From contig WPAF01000007.1 of assembly GCA_009772965.1 (NCBI GenBank), positions 14,379 through 78,378 on the forward strand: a stretch of 64,000 nucleotides of DNA, written 5' to 3'. Below, one piece after another: positions 1 to 10,054 of this stretch. A program made the position numbers and the translations under genes. The notes beneath the pieces are model-generated. The model was not told the DNA's origin and did no database searches. It worked only from the letters and a program-made list of their open reading frames with translations. Every line of letters begins with the position of its first letter. Position 1 is the stretch's first letter. The stretch is from Candidatus Saganbacteria bacterium (lineage in GTDB: Bacteria > Margulisbacteria > WOR-1 > XYC2-FULL-46-14 > WPAF01).

Positions 1-825
1 GTGGGGAGTGCGGAAGGGGCGTTTTGTAATCAAGGAATTTTTTTCATTCAATAATCCCGTTACGGAATAAAGCTTTGTCACTTCGAGCGCCTCGTCGATT
101 GTCAAAGGGGGCATAATGCTGGGGATTCTTTTTGCGAGCATGGTTTTGCCTGAACCTGGCGGCCCGATCATTAAAATATTATGTCCGCCGGCGGCGGCAA
201 TTTCTATTGCCCGCTTTGCGTGCTGTTGTCCTTTTACCTCGGAAAAATCAAAATCAAAATCCGGGCTGGTATTAAAAAACTTTAATAGGTCAATCTTATG
301 GGGGGCAAGCGTTGAGTTCCCATTAAGCAGGTCAATTGTTTCTTTCAATGAATTAACGGCAAAAATATCAAGCCCCGAAACGAGCGCCGCCTCATCGGCA
401 TTTTCTTTTGATACTATGATTTTTTTTATTCCCGATTTTTTCGCGGAAATGCAGATTGGTAGAACCCCGGCAATCGGCCTAACATCGCCATTTAAAGAAA
501 GTTCTCCCAAAAGGACGGTTTCGTCAAAAAGGTCGCTTTTTATTTGTTCTGATGATGAGAGAATTCCAACGGCAATCGGCAAATCATAAAGCGGGCCTTC
601 TTTTCGAATATCTCCCGGCGCCAGGTTTATTGTAAAATAGCCGGGAGGAAAATCAAAGCCGGAATTAATAATCGCGAATTTTACCCTATCGCGGCTTTCT
701 CTAACGGAGGTGTCAGGCAGGCCAACGATTGATTGCCCTGGCAGTCCTTTATATGAATCAACTTCTACTTCAACAATACTGCCGTCCAGGCCGTTTAATG
801 CCGAGCTTTTTAATTTAATTAACAT
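1..825 (-). CDS. comM: ComM/YifB-family Mg-chelatase-like AAA+ ATPase; its C-terminus runs off the window edge
   Basis: Minus-strand translation from the ATG at 825 gives [22 protein letters not shown]..., with a Lon-protease-like N-domain followed by the Walker A motif [17 protein letters not shown]. The listed plus-strand ORF 116..589 is its antisense shadow. Confidence 0.8.
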   Translation of the reverse strand, partial: MLIKLKSSALNGLDGSIVEVEVDSYKGLPGQSIVGLPDTSVRESRDRVKFAIINSGFDFPPGYFTINLAPGDIRKEGPLYDLPIAVGILSSSEQIKSDLFDETVLLGELSLNGDVRPIAGVLPICISAKKSGIKKIIVSKENADEAALVSGLDIFAVNSLKETIDLLNGNSTLAPHKIDLLKFFNTSPDFDFDFSEVKGQQHAKRAIEIAAAGGHNILMIGPPGSGKTMLAKRIPSIMPPLTIDEALEVTKLYSVTGLLNEKNSLITKRPFRTPH

Positions 826-1183
826 AAAACGCGTCTTTTATATAATCAATATTTGTTTTGCCGCCCGAATCCCTATAAATAGAGATAACATCGAAGCGGC
901 AGTTGATTTGCCGTAAGTTTTTCTTATACAAAAATGTTTGGGCGGCATGGATAATTGACTGGCGTTTGCTCTTCCTGACTGAGCCAAGCGGGGAGCCGTA
1001 AGACCTAAAAGAATAATATTTAACTTCAACAAAAACGATAATATCGCCGTCTTTGGCAATAATATCTATTTCTCCTTGCTGTGAATGGAAGTTTCTATCA
1101 ATAACAGAGAGGCCTTTTTGCGTAAGATATTCAACCGCGATTATTTCTCCGGTGATGCCGATTTGAAAACTTTCTTTTCCCAT
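815..1183 (-). CDS. yraN: YraN family (UPF0102) endonuclease-like protein
   Basis: 122 aa. The core [19 protein letters not shown] is typical of UPF0102/YraN. It overlaps the comM start by ~10 nt. Confidence 0.75.
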   Translation of the reverse strand: MGKESFQIGITGEIIAVEYLTQKGLSVIDRNFHSQQGEIDIIAKDGDIIVFVEVKYYSFRSYGSPLGSVRKSKRQSIIHAAQTFLYKKNLRQINCRFDVISIYRDSGGKTNIDYIKDAFYVN

Positions 1184-1270
1184 TTCGAAATGGATAAAGC
1201 AATCTATATGCCAAAAAAGAGAAACCCCGCCTTCAACAGCCTGTTAAATCATGTTGAAAGCGGGGCTGAA

Positions 1271-1543
1271 TTAATTGAGAGTATTGTACAAATGTTCGCT
1301 CATCGAAAACTTTGCCACATTGCGGGCTGGTATGTTTAATGCCTTCCCGGTTTGCGGATTGCGCCCTTTTCTTGCTTTTCTGCGCATCTTTTTCCATGTG
1401 CCAAACCCAATCATCCGGACATGCTGGCCTTTCTTTAAGGCGCCAGTAATCGCATCAAAAGCATTGTCAATCACATTTAAACATTGTGATTTTGGCAATT
1501 TTGTTTTTGACGAAATATAATTGCATAGTTCCTGTTTGTTCAT
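1271..1543 (-). CDS. hup: HU family DNA-binding protein
   Basis: 90 aa with MNKQEL..., GFGTW, RNPQTGK...NIPA, the beta-arm signature of HU/IHF. Confidence 0.9.
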   Translation of the reverse strand: MNKQELCNYISSKTKLPKSQCLNVIDNAFDAITGALKKGQHVRMIGFGTWKKMRRKARKGRNPQTGKALNIPARNVAKFSMSEHLYNTLN

Positions 1544-1575
1544 TTTTTCTCACCTCCATTCAAGTAAAGATTTTA

Positions 1576-2211
1576 TTAAGTATTGCCATTAAAGTCAAGC
1601 GGAATCTGGGCTACGGGGGAATTAAATTTGGGAAGGAACGATTGCCGGTGGATTGGCGACGCCCCATTATTATTAATTGCAAAAAAATGGCCTTTTGTCC
1701 CGTATCCTTTGTTCGCGTTAAATCCATATTCCGGAAATAAAAGGTGATATTTAGCCATGATGTTATCCCTTAAAACTTTCGCGACAATAGATGCGGCCGC
1801 GATGCAATAACATTTAGCGTCGCCCTTGATAATGCTTTTTTGCGGGATATTTGTTTTTATTTTATTCCTGCCGTCAACCAATATGAAATCAGGGGCTACT
1901 TCCAAGGCCTCAAGCGCCAGCCGCATGGCAGCGAGAGACGCTTTGAGGATATTTATTTTATCAATTGTTTTTTCATCAACAATCCCGATGCCGATGCTAA
2001 TTGCATTTTTTAATATTTGTTTATAAAGCTCAAATCTTTTTTTTGGCCTAATTTTTTTAGAATCATCTATCCCTTTGATATGTTTGTTGAGTATTACGGC
2101 GGCGGCTAAAACAGGCCCGGCCAGCGGGCCGACCCCAACTTCGTCAATGCCGGCTATAATTTTACAGCCAATTTTTTTAAAATGATTTTCTGTTTTGCGA
2201 TTGGCAGGCAT
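1576..2211 (-). CDS. rnhB: Ribonuclease HII
   Basis: GIDEVGVGPLAGPVLAAAVIL is the N-terminal catalytic motif of RNase HII. 211 aa. Confidence 0.9.
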   Translation of the reverse strand: MPANRKTENHFKKIGCKIIAGIDEVGVGPLAGPVLAAAVILNKHIKGIDDSKKIRPKKRFELYKQILKNAISIGIGIVDEKTIDKINILKASLAAMRLALEALEVAPDFILVDGRNKIKTNIPQKSIIKGDAKCYCIAAASIVAKVLRDNIMAKYHLLFPEYGFNANKGYGTKGHFFAINNNGASPIHRQSFLPKFNSPVAQIPLDFNGNT

Positions 2212-2226
2212 GCCGCCATTTTAGCA

Positions 2227-2886
2227 TTATTTTGGAACGGCGCCAAAGCTAAAAAGAGGCCAGATCCTGAGGAAGGCCGGACCAATAATATTATTGCGCG
2301 GGAGAAATCCCCAATACCTTGAATCAGCAGAGTTTGGGCGGTTGTCGCCCATGACAAAATATGAGTCCTTTGGTATTACGACGGGGCCAAATGCCGCAGG
2401 CAGCGAATCCAAATCAAAATAATTATTATTGATTGGATGGGGTTCCTTTAATTCTTTTCCGTTTATGTAAACAATGCCTTTTTTCACTTCAAGCTTTTCG
2501 CCCGGCAGGCCGATTAATCTCTTTATCAAATCTTTGCGGTCGTTATTTGTGTCATACATTTTAAATACAATTACATCAAATCTTTTTGGACCCTTGTTGA
2601 AATTAATAAAATAGGGTAGATTTGAAGTGGGCGCCTGGCGCTGGTAAAGGGGGTTTGGGATTATATACAGGAATTTCTTTTCTTTAAATGATTCAAACAA
2701 TGGGTTTTGCAAACCGTAAGCCAGTTTGTTTACAATAATCCGGTCGTTAATATTTAGAGAGGGTTCCATTGATCCGCTGGGGATCCAAAATACCTGTATA
2801 AAAAACGCGCGGATAAAAAGCGCTAAAGCAAGGGCAATTATTATGGTTTCAAACCATTCTTTTGCCCAATGCTTAGTTTTTTGCAT
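2227..2886 (-). CDS. lepB: Signal peptidase I
   Basis: N-terminal TM segment, SGSMEP catalytic Ser box, and the GDNRPNSADSRYWGF box. Confidence 0.9.
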   Translation of the reverse strand: MQKTKHWAKEWFETIIIALALALFIRAFFIQVFWIPSGSMEPSLNINDRIIVNKLAYGLQNPLFESFKEKKFLYIIPNPLYQRQAPTSNLPYFINFNKGPKRFDVIVFKMYDTNNDRKDLIKRLIGLPGEKLEVKKGIVYINGKELKEPHPINNNYFDLDSLPAAFGPVVIPKDSYFVMGDNRPNSADSRYWGFLPRNNIIGPAFLRIWPLFSFGAVPK

Positions 2887-3223
2887 CTTCTTCGATATGG
2901 GTGGCCGCGGAGCCGATTAGCTTTCTCAAATAATAAAGTTTTGCCCTATTTACCTTGCCGGATTTAATAACCTGGATACTGTCAATCGCAGGGGAATAAA
3001 TTGGAAGGATTTTTTCAACCCCAATACCCATCACTATTTTGCGGACTGTGAAAGTTTCCCGCCACTTGTGCCCCTGCCGTTTGATAACTATCCCTTCAAA
3101 CGCCTGAAGCCTTTCTTTGCCGCCTTCAATGATTTTTGATAAAACTTTTATCGTATCCCCAACTTTAAAACTCGGAACATCCTTTTTAATCTGTTTTTTT
3201 TCGATTTCTTCAACTATGTTCAT
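2873..3223 (-). CDS. rplS: 50S ribosomal protein L19
   Basis: 116 aa. FKVGDTIKV and a KRQGHKWRETFTVRKI-type L19 core. Sits in the conserved position downstream of trmD. Confidence 0.9.
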   Translation of the reverse strand: MNIVEEIEKKQIKKDVPSFKVGDTIKVLSKIIEGGKERLQAFEGIVIKRQGHKWRETFTVRKIVMGIGVEKILPIYSPAIDSIQVIKSGKVNRAKLYYLRKLIGSAATHIEEDAKN

Positions 3224-3224
3224 T

Positions 3225-3764
3225 TTATCCCCCTAAAAGCCGATCAAGCACTACTGCGGCCGCTGACCTGACCGATAAATGGTTATACGACAAACTTCCC
3301 TTTATCGGCTCCAAAATATAATCAGCTTTTAGCAGCATTTCATCCGTCATGCCCCAGCCGGTGCCAAAAAGAATGAGTATTGGCCGCCTGCTCCTTTTGA
3401 TTATCGAACGAATTTTGCTAAATTTCAGCGAACCTTTTGAGCGCGCTGAAGTAGCGATAAGGATCGGATTTTTTAGCTTTCTTATAACTTGTTCAAGCGT
3501 TTCCGCCAGCTCAATATTGCGAAAAGCCTCAGCGCGCGTCCAATTGTGCACAAAGCTTTCGTCTTTTCTCCAACAGCTGATTATTCTTTCGGCAAAATCA
3601 AGCTGAGCCTTCATAGGATTGACCACAAAATACTTTTTAACACCGTAGGTCAAAGCCGAGCGGGCTATATCATGAAGATCAACGCCTGTTATACAGGTGC
3701 TAACGATATCTTTCCTCTTATTATACACTGGATGGTGGATTAAGGCAATATTGACGCTAGCCAT
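3225..3764 (-). CDS. Putative SPOUT-class RNA methyltransferase, TM1570-like (PF09936-like)
   Basis: 179 aa located between trmD and rplS, exactly where TM1570 sits in Thermotoga. IALIHHPVYNK...DLHDIAR matches that family from memory only. Confidence 0.45.
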   Translation of the reverse strand: MASVNIALIHHPVYNKRKDIVSTCITGVDLHDIARSALTYGVKKYFVVNPMKAQLDFAERIISCWRKDESFVHNWTRAEAFRNIELAETLEQVIRKLKNPILIATSARSKGSLKFSKIRSIIKRSRRPILILFGTGWGMTDEMLLKADYILEPIKGSLSYNHLSVRSAAAVVLDRLLGG

Positions 3765-4482
3765 TTATAATCTCCGCAATTATTGCCTTATCTGCTTCAG
3801 TTAAGCTCATCTTTGCAATAAGGTCAGGCCTTCTAAAAAAAGTTCGCGTTAAAGCTTCTTTTTTTCTCCATTGCGCGATTTCTTTATGGTGGCCGGATTT
3901 AAGCACATCGGGGAGGCTAAGGCCGGAAAATTCTTCGGGTCTTGTGTAGCTTGGATAATCAAGCAAGCCGTTATAGTAAGATTCATTAGTTAATGATTCT
4001 TCTTCTTTTACCACGCCGGGAATTTGCCTGACAACAGAATCTATAAGAACCATAGCCGGCAATTCGCCGCCGGTTAAGACATAATCGCCAATAGATATTT
4101 CATCTGTTGCGAGATTTTCCCTGACTCTTTCATCAAACCCTTCATAATGTCCGCAAATGATAATCAGATGTTCTTCTTTTGAAAATTCTATAACTTTTTG
4201 TTGGGTTAACGGTTCTCCTGACGGGCACATAAGAATAACTCTGGCTTTTTTGTTGGGGTTTAAGCTATTGACGGCTTCAAAAATTGGCTCTGGTTTCATG
4301 ACCATGCCTGAGCCTCCGCCGTATGGAGAATCATCAGCTGTTTGATGTTTGTCTTGCGTAAAGTCGCGTATATTTGTTAAGTGCAAAGTAAAAAGGCCTT
4401 TTTCCTGCGCCCTGCTCATGAGGCTTTCGGAAAAAGACCCTTCAAACATTTTTGGAAAAAGAGTCAGGACATCAACACGCAT
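3757..4482 (-). CDS. trmD: tRNA (guanine37-N1)-methyltransferase
   Basis: MRVDVLTLFPKMF at the N-terminus, SPYGGGSGMVMKPEP, and IIICGHYEGFDERV. Confidence 0.9.
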   Translation of the reverse strand: MRVDVLTLFPKMFEGSFSESLMSRAQEKGLFTLHLTNIRDFTQDKHQTADDSPYGGGSGMVMKPEPIFEAVNSLNPNKKARVILMCPSGEPLTQQKVIEFSKEEHLIIICGHYEGFDERVRENLATDEISIGDYVLTGGELPAMVLIDSVVRQIPGVVKEEESLTNESYYNGLLDYPSYTRPEEFSGLSLPDVLKSGHHKEIAQWRKKEALTRTFFRRPDLIAKMSLTEADKAIIAEIING

Positions 4483-4901
4483 TATTCAGCGTTGCGAATT
4501 TCCTGGATAATTCCATCTTTCACTAAAATTTCTGCTCCGCCCACCTTTTTATAAAGATTATCGCCAATTCCCACTTTTACCGGCCCTTCAAGGGGTCCCT
4601 GGACAAACTCAGACCCGATTTCCAGCCTTTTTGCTTCTTCAGTTTTTAAAATAAGGTCGGACTTTGAAGCAGTCATCCTGGCTTTTTCATCATCCATCTG
4701 ATGTTTTGACGCGGCGGCTTTTTGCATAAGCCCTTTCTTTTTTAAATCTTCAATATATGCTTTCGCGTGCAGGTCAATCTGGGATGATTGGGAATCGATG
4801 TTCTTAATTGCGCGGTCAAGTTCCTTTACAAGATTTTCTTTAAAAGCCTCAGTGACAATAGCTTTTACCATTACAACTCTTTTTAATTCTATATCATTCA
4901 T
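4482..4901 (-). CDS. ylqD: YlqD-family protein
   Basis: 139 aa, coiled-coil N-terminus and C-terminal VGIGDNLYKKVGGAEILVKDGIIQEIR. This resembles B. subtilis YlqD (IEVGDDW...ATIIVKDGKVAEIR) and sits in the same rpsP/KH/ylqD/trmD context. Confidence 0.55.
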   Translation of the reverse strand: MNDIELKRVVMVKAIVTEAFKENLVKELDRAIKNIDSQSSQIDLHAKAYIEDLKKKGLMQKAAASKHQMDDEKARMTASKSDLILKTEEAKRLEIGSEFVQGPLEGPVKVGIGDNLYKKVGGAEILVKDGIIQEIRNAE

Positions 4902-5145
4902 TTCTATTCTCCTCCTTGGTAATAATTTCTACAGTAATTCTTTTCCTGTCTTTCGCGCCCGCGGCTTTTGCGATAGTCCTTAAGGCGTTTACTATGCGCC
5001 CTTCGCGGCCGATAACTTTACCGGCATCCTCATCCGCCACTTTTACCTCAATAACAGTAACGGATTCACTGCCGGTTTCTTGTATATTTACTTCTTCCGG
5101 CTTGTCAACAAGCGCTTTTACGATATATTCGATTAAATCCTTCAC
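4894..5145 (-). CDS. KH-domain RNA-binding protein (YlqC/UPF0109)
   Basis: 83 aa with KVIGREGRIVNALRTI, the KH GxxG core. Lies immediately downstream of rpsP. Confidence 0.8.
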   Translation of the reverse strand: MKDLIEYIVKALVDKPEEVNIQETGSESVTVIEVKVADEDAGKVIGREGRIVNALRTIAKAAGAKDRKRITVEIITKEENRNE

Positions 5146-5147
5146 CG

Positions 5148-5528
5148 CTATCCCTCCTTTTTTTCTTCTTTTACTTCAGGGGCGGCTGGAGGAGCAACTG
5201 GGGCTTGAGCGGCTGGTTCTTCTTTTTTTACAATTTCTTTTTTTGGTTTTCTTTTTGTCAAATTAGAAGTGTCGACAGGGGGCAAAATGCCGAATTTGCC
5301 CAATAAAATCCTTAATTTTTCCGTTGGCTGGGCTCCTTTTTTAATCCAATCCAATACTTTTTCTTTGTTGACTTCAAAAAGGGTGGGGGTTTGGCGGGGA
5401 TGGTATATCCCCAATATTTCTATTACCAGCCCTCCTAATTTTTGTTTCGCTTCCTGAACAACAATTCGGTACTTGGGCTGTTTGGACGTTCCTACTCTTT
5501 GAATTTTTATCTTTGGCGCCACGTGCAT
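5148..5528 (-). CDS. rpsP: 30S ribosomal protein S16 with a Lys/Ala/Pro-rich C-terminal tail
   Basis: IKIQRVGTSKQPKYRIVV...YHP matches the S16 core. The ~45-aa basic and Pro/Ala tail is an extension. Confidence 0.85.
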   Translation of the reverse strand: MHVAPKIKIQRVGTSKQPKYRIVVQEAKQKLGGLVIEILGIYHPRQTPTLFEVNKEKVLDWIKKGAQPTEKLRILLGKFGILPPVDTSNLTKRKPKKEIVKKEEPAAQAPVAPPAAPEVKEEKKEG

Positions 5529-5552
5529 CTCCTTCCTAGTGTAATGTTGATA

Positions 5553-6584
5553 TTATACCATAGAGATATGTTTTTGATAATAGGTGAAATTGGCCTTAAT
5601 TTCTTCGAGGCTGTCGCCGCCAAATTTTTCAATCATGGCATTTGAGATTTCAAAGGCGGCCATTGCTTCGCCTACCACCGCGGCGGCCTCAACTGCGCAA
5701 ACATCTGAGCGTTCTATATGGGCAAAAGCTGGCTTTTTTGTTTTTAAATCAACTGATTTTAAAGGCTTCATAAGTGTTGAAATTGGTTTCATGGCGGCTC
5801 TTAATACAATAGGTTCGCCATTTGTCATTCCGCCTTCAAGCCCGCCGGCATTATTGGTTTTATGGCTAATTTTTCCGTTTTTTATAATAATTTCGTCATG
5901 TACTTCTGATCCATAAAGCTTTGCCTGGTCAAAGCCCAAGCCAATTTCAATCCCTTTTATCGCGGGGATACTCATTATAACTTGAGCCAATCTTGCCGAA
6001 AGCCTTTTGTCCCATTGGGAGTAGCTTCCAAGTCCAGGCGGGCAATTTAATACTTTTATTTCAAATACTCCGCCAACAGTATCGCCGGCTTGTTTTGCTT
6101 TATCAATTGCGGATTTAAAATTTTTCTGCCCGCCAATGTGGATAATGGAACTTTCAACATTAATATTAAATATAGAAAGGAACTTTTTACAAATTGCCCC
6201 AATTGCGCTTCTGGCGGCGGTTTCTCTGGCAGAGGCTCTTTCTAAAATGTTCCTAAGGTCTTTTTGGTTGTATTTATTCGCTCCGGCAAAATCCGCGTGT
6301 CCAGGCCTGGGAGTGGTAAAAGCAGTATCAAAAAAATCCCTGCTGCGGTTTGGAATTAAAATTGAAACCGGGCTGCCGATAGTTTTACCATTTCTGATTC
6401 CAGAAATTATTTCAGCTTTGTCGGCTTCAATTTTCATCCTATCGCCGCGCCCATAGCCCTGCTGTCTTCTTTGGAGTTCTATATTTATTTCATCTTCTGA
6501 AATGGGAAGGTTGGCAACCATGCCGTCTAATATCGCTACTAATGATTTGCCATGCGATTCGCCGGCAGTTATAAATCTTAGCAT
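5553..6584 (-). CDS. aroC: Chorismate synthase
   Basis: MLRFITAGESHGKSLVAILDG...RRQQGYGRGDRMKIE, 343 aa. Confidence 0.9.
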   Translation of the reverse strand: MLRFITAGESHGKSLVAILDGMVANLPISEDEINIELQRRQQGYGRGDRMKIEADKAEIISGIRNGKTIGSPVSILIPNRSRDFFDTAFTTPRPGHADFAGANKYNQKDLRNILERASARETAARSAIGAICKKFLSIFNINVESSIIHIGGQKNFKSAIDKAKQAGDTVGGVFEIKVLNCPPGLGSYSQWDKRLSARLAQVIMSIPAIKGIEIGLGFDQAKLYGSEVHDEIIIKNGKISHKTNNAGGLEGGMTNGEPIVLRAAMKPISTLMKPLKSVDLKTKKPAFAHIERSDVCAVEAAAVVGEAMAAFEISNAMIEKFGGDSLEEIKANFTYYQKHISMV

Positions 6585-6651
6585 GGTGCGATTATATCAC
6601 GAGGGAAAAATAGGGGCAAATAAAATTTTATTAGTAGAAAGTTTGCTTGCT

Positions 6652-7890
6652 CTACAAAGGATAATTTTTTAAAACTATTGAAGCGTTGCTGCCTCCGAAA
6701 CCAAAAGAATTTTTAAGAACATATTTAATTTTGTCAGTATCAACGGCTTTATTCGGTATATAATTTAAATCACATTCCTCATCCTTTTCAGTATAATTAA
6801 TTGTTGGCAATAATATGTTATGTCGCATCATTTGAATGGCAAATATAGATTCAATTGCTCCTGATGCTCCTATGGTATGTCCTATTTGTGATTTTAATGC
6901 GCTTATAGGTATTTCATATGACCTATCCTTAAAAACCCTTTTAATTGCTTTGGTCTCAGTAGCATCATTAAGTTTGGTTGCCGTACCATGCGCGCTGATA
7001 TAGTCAATATCATTAATTGAAACCCCAGCATCTTTTATGGCTAGACTTATTGCGTTGCTCTGTTCTAAATAATCTGGCGCCGTAACATGTAACGCATCAC
7101 AAGTAGCTCCATAGCCAACAATTTCAGCTAGGATCATGGCTTTTCTTTCTTGGGCTCTCTCATAAGATTCCATGACCATAAAGCCCGCTCCCTCAGATAA
7201 GACAAAACCATCCCGATTTTTACTAAATGGGCAACTTGCTCTTTGGGGATCATCATTTCTTTTTGATAAAACCCTAAGCTTGCTCCAGGCGTCTAAAATA
7301 TGATAAGTAATTGGAGTATCAACACCACCAGCGATTAATGTGTCTTCGTAATTGTCCCTAATAAGCCTAAAAGCTGTTCCAATTGCATTTGTTCCCGAAG
7401 AACATGCCGTAAATAATGACAAATTAATGCCCTTTAAGCCGAAATAAATTGCTGCTTCACTTGCAGGCGCATTATCCATGGCTTTAGGAATAATCAGTGG
7501 ATACATAGGCTTCTTATGTTCTAGAATATTCACATAATTGCCCTCTTTAGCTTGGATGGTTCCAAAGCCTGTGCCTAAAATAATTCCGATTCTAAATAAA
7601 TCTCTTTTTTCCTTTTCATGCAGATCAGCGCTTTTTAACGCCTCGTTTACTGCAATTATTGCAAAAATAGTGGATCTATCCAAGGTCTTTGGGCTCAAAT
7701 CTTTTAGTTCTTCTGGGATTTCTAATAATGTTAATTCGCCCCCAATTTTTATTTTTAGATTGTCAACACCGAAAAGGCCAATTTTTTTAACACCTGATGT
7801 CCCTTTAATTAATTTATTCCAATTATCTATAACTCCTATTGCCAAAGGAGTTATAGCTCCTATCCCGGTAATTACAACCCTTCTCTTCAT
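6652..7890 (-). CDS. fabF: Beta-ketoacyl-ACP synthase II
   Basis: KRRVVITGIGAITPL, the active-site region TACSSG, and HGTAT; 412 aa. Start overlaps the acpP stop (ATGA). Confidence 0.9.
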   Translation of the reverse strand: MKRRVVITGIGAITPLAIGVIDNWNKLIKGTSGVKKIGLFGVDNLKIKIGGELTLLEIPEELKDLSPKTLDRSTIFAIIAVNEALKSADLHEKEKRDLFRIGIILGTGFGTIQAKEGNYVNILEHKKPMYPLIIPKAMDNAPASEAAIYFGLKGINLSLFTACSSGTNAIGTAFRLIRDNYEDTLIAGGVDTPITYHILDAWSKLRVLSKRNDDPQRASCPFSKNRDGFVLSEGAGFMVMESYERAQERKAMILAEIVGYGATCDALHVTAPDYLEQSNAISLAIKDAGVSINDIDYISAHGTATKLNDATETKAIKRVFKDRSYEIPISALKSQIGHTIGASGAIESIFAIQMMRHNILLPTINYTEKDEECDLNYIPNKAVDTDKIKYVLKNSFGFGGSNASIVLKNYPL

Positions 7891-8129
7891 TTATTGTTTA
7901 CCTTTTGTTCTATATAAGCAACTGCTTGCCCAAGATTTAATATTTTAGGGGTATCTTCGTTAGGAATGTCTATGCCAAACTTATTTTCTATCTCAGCTAG
8001 TAGTTCTGCCAGGGTTAAAGATTCAATCCCCAATTCTTGAAGAGAATTAACTTTTCTAATCTCATCTTTTTTTATATTTAATACTTCTGCAAGCACATCC
8101 TCAAGTTCACTTTTTATATCTCTTTCCAT
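7887..8129 (-). CDS. acpP: Acyl carrier protein
   Basis: 80 aa, acidic, with the LGIESL phosphopantetheine-attachment Ser motif. Confidence 0.8.
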   Translation of the reverse strand: MERDIKSELEDVLAEVLNIKKDEIRKVNSLQELGIESLTLAELLAEIENKFGIDIPNEDTPKILNLGQAVAYIEQKVNNK

Positions 8130-8156
8130 AAATTATCCCTCCTTTCTTGTTAAAGA

Positions 8157-8840
8157 TTATTCTACAATTTGCCCATCATGAAGCTTAATTATTCGTTGGG
8201 CCGTTTCCATTACCATTCTATCATGAGTTGAAAAAATAAAAGTTGTCCCCTTTTTTTTGTTTAGATTCAGCATCAATTCCACTATAGTGTTTCCTGTTTT
8301 GGAATCTAAATTTGCCGTGGGCTCATCGGCCAAAACAATTATTGGATCGTTTACCAGTGCCCTGGCAATAGCAACTCGCTGCTGCTGGCCGCCGCTCAAT
8401 TCGTTTGGTTTATGATGGGCATAAGGAGTCAGTCCCACATCTTCCAAGAGCCGGTGAACCTTTTCATGACGAATCTCTGAGCTAATCTTTTCAAATAATA
8501 AGGGAAATTCTATGTTTTCCTGAGCGGATAAAACCGGAATTAAATTGAAATTCTGGAAAATAAAGCCCAATTTACTTTTTCTTATCTTTGCCAGTTGAAC
8601 ATCATTTAAGCTAGAGATGTCCTCATTTTCTAAGAAAATACTACCTTGGGTTGGGACATCTAGGCAACCAATTAAATTGAGCAAACTTGTTTTTCCTGAT
8701 CCCGAAGGTCCCACCAGAGCCAAAAACTCCCCACCATTAACAACGAAAGAAACATTGCGCAAAGCAGGACAGACAACTTTCCCCAAACAATATCCTTTTT
8801 CTATATTTTTTAATTCCACAACTTTAACCATAATCTCCAC
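8157..8840 (-). CDS. ABC transporter ATP-binding protein (LolD/MacB-type)
   Basis: Walker A GPSGSGKTS, signature LSGGQQQRVAIARAL, Walker B IVLADEPT. Confidence 0.85.
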   Translation of the reverse strand: MEIMVKVVELKNIEKGYCLGKVVCPALRNVSFVVNGGEFLALVGPSGSGKTSLLNLIGCLDVPTQGSIFLENEDISSLNDVQLAKIRKSKLGFIFQNFNLIPVLSAQENIEFPLLFEKISSEIRHEKVHRLLEDVGLTPYAHHKPNELSGGQQQRVAIARALVNDPIIVLADEPTANLDSKTGNTIVELMLNLNKKKGTTFIFSTHDRMVMETAQRIIKLHDGQIVE

Positions 8841-8848
8841 ACCCCTCC

Positions 8849-10054
8849 TTAAAAATAAATTTTCAGCACAGACTCTAAAGCTTCTCGAAAAGGCAATTGC
8901 TTAAACTCGCTTAAACTATTGTTTCCGCCAGTCAAATAAAATTTAGTATCAAGATAAATATTATCTTTGATATTATAACTTATTAAAGGGATAATCATGA
9001 AGCTTTGGTCTTTTATATCATAAACCAACAGCCCTTGAAGTTGACACCGGCTTATTAAGTCGTGATTTAATCCAACATAAATGTAGTCAGACATTATTCC
9101 CGCTTGGGGAAGGTTCGCGACGACGGGGTTGGTGGTTGCGCTTATTAAATAATCTTGCCAGCTATTAAAGCCCTCATCATTATGGAAATATTCAACACGG
9201 AACATGGTGTTAGATTCTCCGGGCACACTGTAATTCCAGCCCAATACATAAGAATAATAATTCTTGTCTTGTTCGGTTTTTATATCGCTGCCAGTTTGAC
9301 CTGCTGCTTCAGCGTAAACTATATGGTCTTTTAAATAGGTGAGGGCAAAATCAACCCCATATTTTGAACGGATATTTTCTCCGAAAGTATAAGCTATTGC
9401 GTATTGTGATGCACCCATAATGTTTTTAAATTTAAGTGCGTTTTGATGGTTCTTAAAAAGATTAGTAAAAAGGTTTACCGAAGTAAATGTATAGCTTTCA
9501 ATTTGGTAATCCAATCTTAGGGCGCGAACCCCTGTATCACTGTTTTTTAAATCGAAGATGCTTTTGGCCGGGTCTAAAAAATCAGTTGGGTTCCAAACTA
9601 AGGCTTCGCCCCAGGCGATTCGCTGCTTACCAAGCGCAACGAAAAGATTTTCATTCGCGTTCCCTTCAATATAAAAATTATTGATTTTATAATAGTTGTC
9701 TGCGTTGTCCATGCTGTGTCCAGTGGTGTTATTTGACCAAAAGGCAGTGCCTTTATATTTAATCTCCCAATTATCATCCAAATTATATTTTAACTTCAGC
9801 CGTTGAGTGATCAACTCTTCAGTCTCCGGATATTTATATAAAGTAAAATCAGGGTTCAAGTCATAAAGTCTGAAACCATTTTCAAGACTTCCAGAGATGT
9901 CCAATTTGTCAACCGTGGCAAGGCTATGGTTAGGGTTTGCCACAAAAAACACCCAAAGAATAAGGATAATAAAAGGCCATTTATTCACTTGCTTTTTCCA
10001 TGTATCTAATTGTAAAAACATTGTCGGAAAGGTTCTCCAGGTATTCAATGTCAA
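8849..10054 (-). CDS. Putative outer-membrane beta-barrel protein
   Basis: N-terminal signal/TM segment (WPFIILILWVFFVANPNHSLA). Alternating amphipathic strands rich in Y/N/G/T. C-terminus ends ...LKIYF, a terminal aromatic typical of BAM substrates. The start may be the internal MFLQL. Confidence 0.5.
   Translation of the reverse strand: MTLNTWRTFPTMFLQLDTWKKQVNKWPFIILILWVFFVANPNHSLATVDKLDISGSLENGFRLYDLNPDFTLYKYPETEELITQRLKLKYNLDDNWEIKYKGTAFWSNNTTGHSMDNADNYYKINNFYIEGNANENLFVALGKQRIAWGEALVWNPTDFLDPAKSIFDLKNSDTGVRALRLDYQIESYTFTSVNLFTNLFKNHQNALKFKNIMGASQYAIAYTFGENIRSKYGVDFALTYLKDHIVYAEAAGQTGSDIKTEQDKNYYSYVLGWNYSVPGESNTMFRVEYFHNDEGFNSWQDYLISATTNPVVANLPQAGIMSDYIYVGLNHDLISRCQLQGLLVYDIKDQSFMIIPLISYNIKDNIYLDTKFYLTGGNNSLSEFKQLPFREALESVLKIYF

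Noticed and set aside
116-589. 157-aa plus-strand ORF at the left edge
   Set aside because: It is the antisense shadow of the minus-strand comM-like gene, whose translation carries clear Walker A and Lon-like motifs. Its own sequence is low-complexity ([13 protein letters not shown]) with no RBS.
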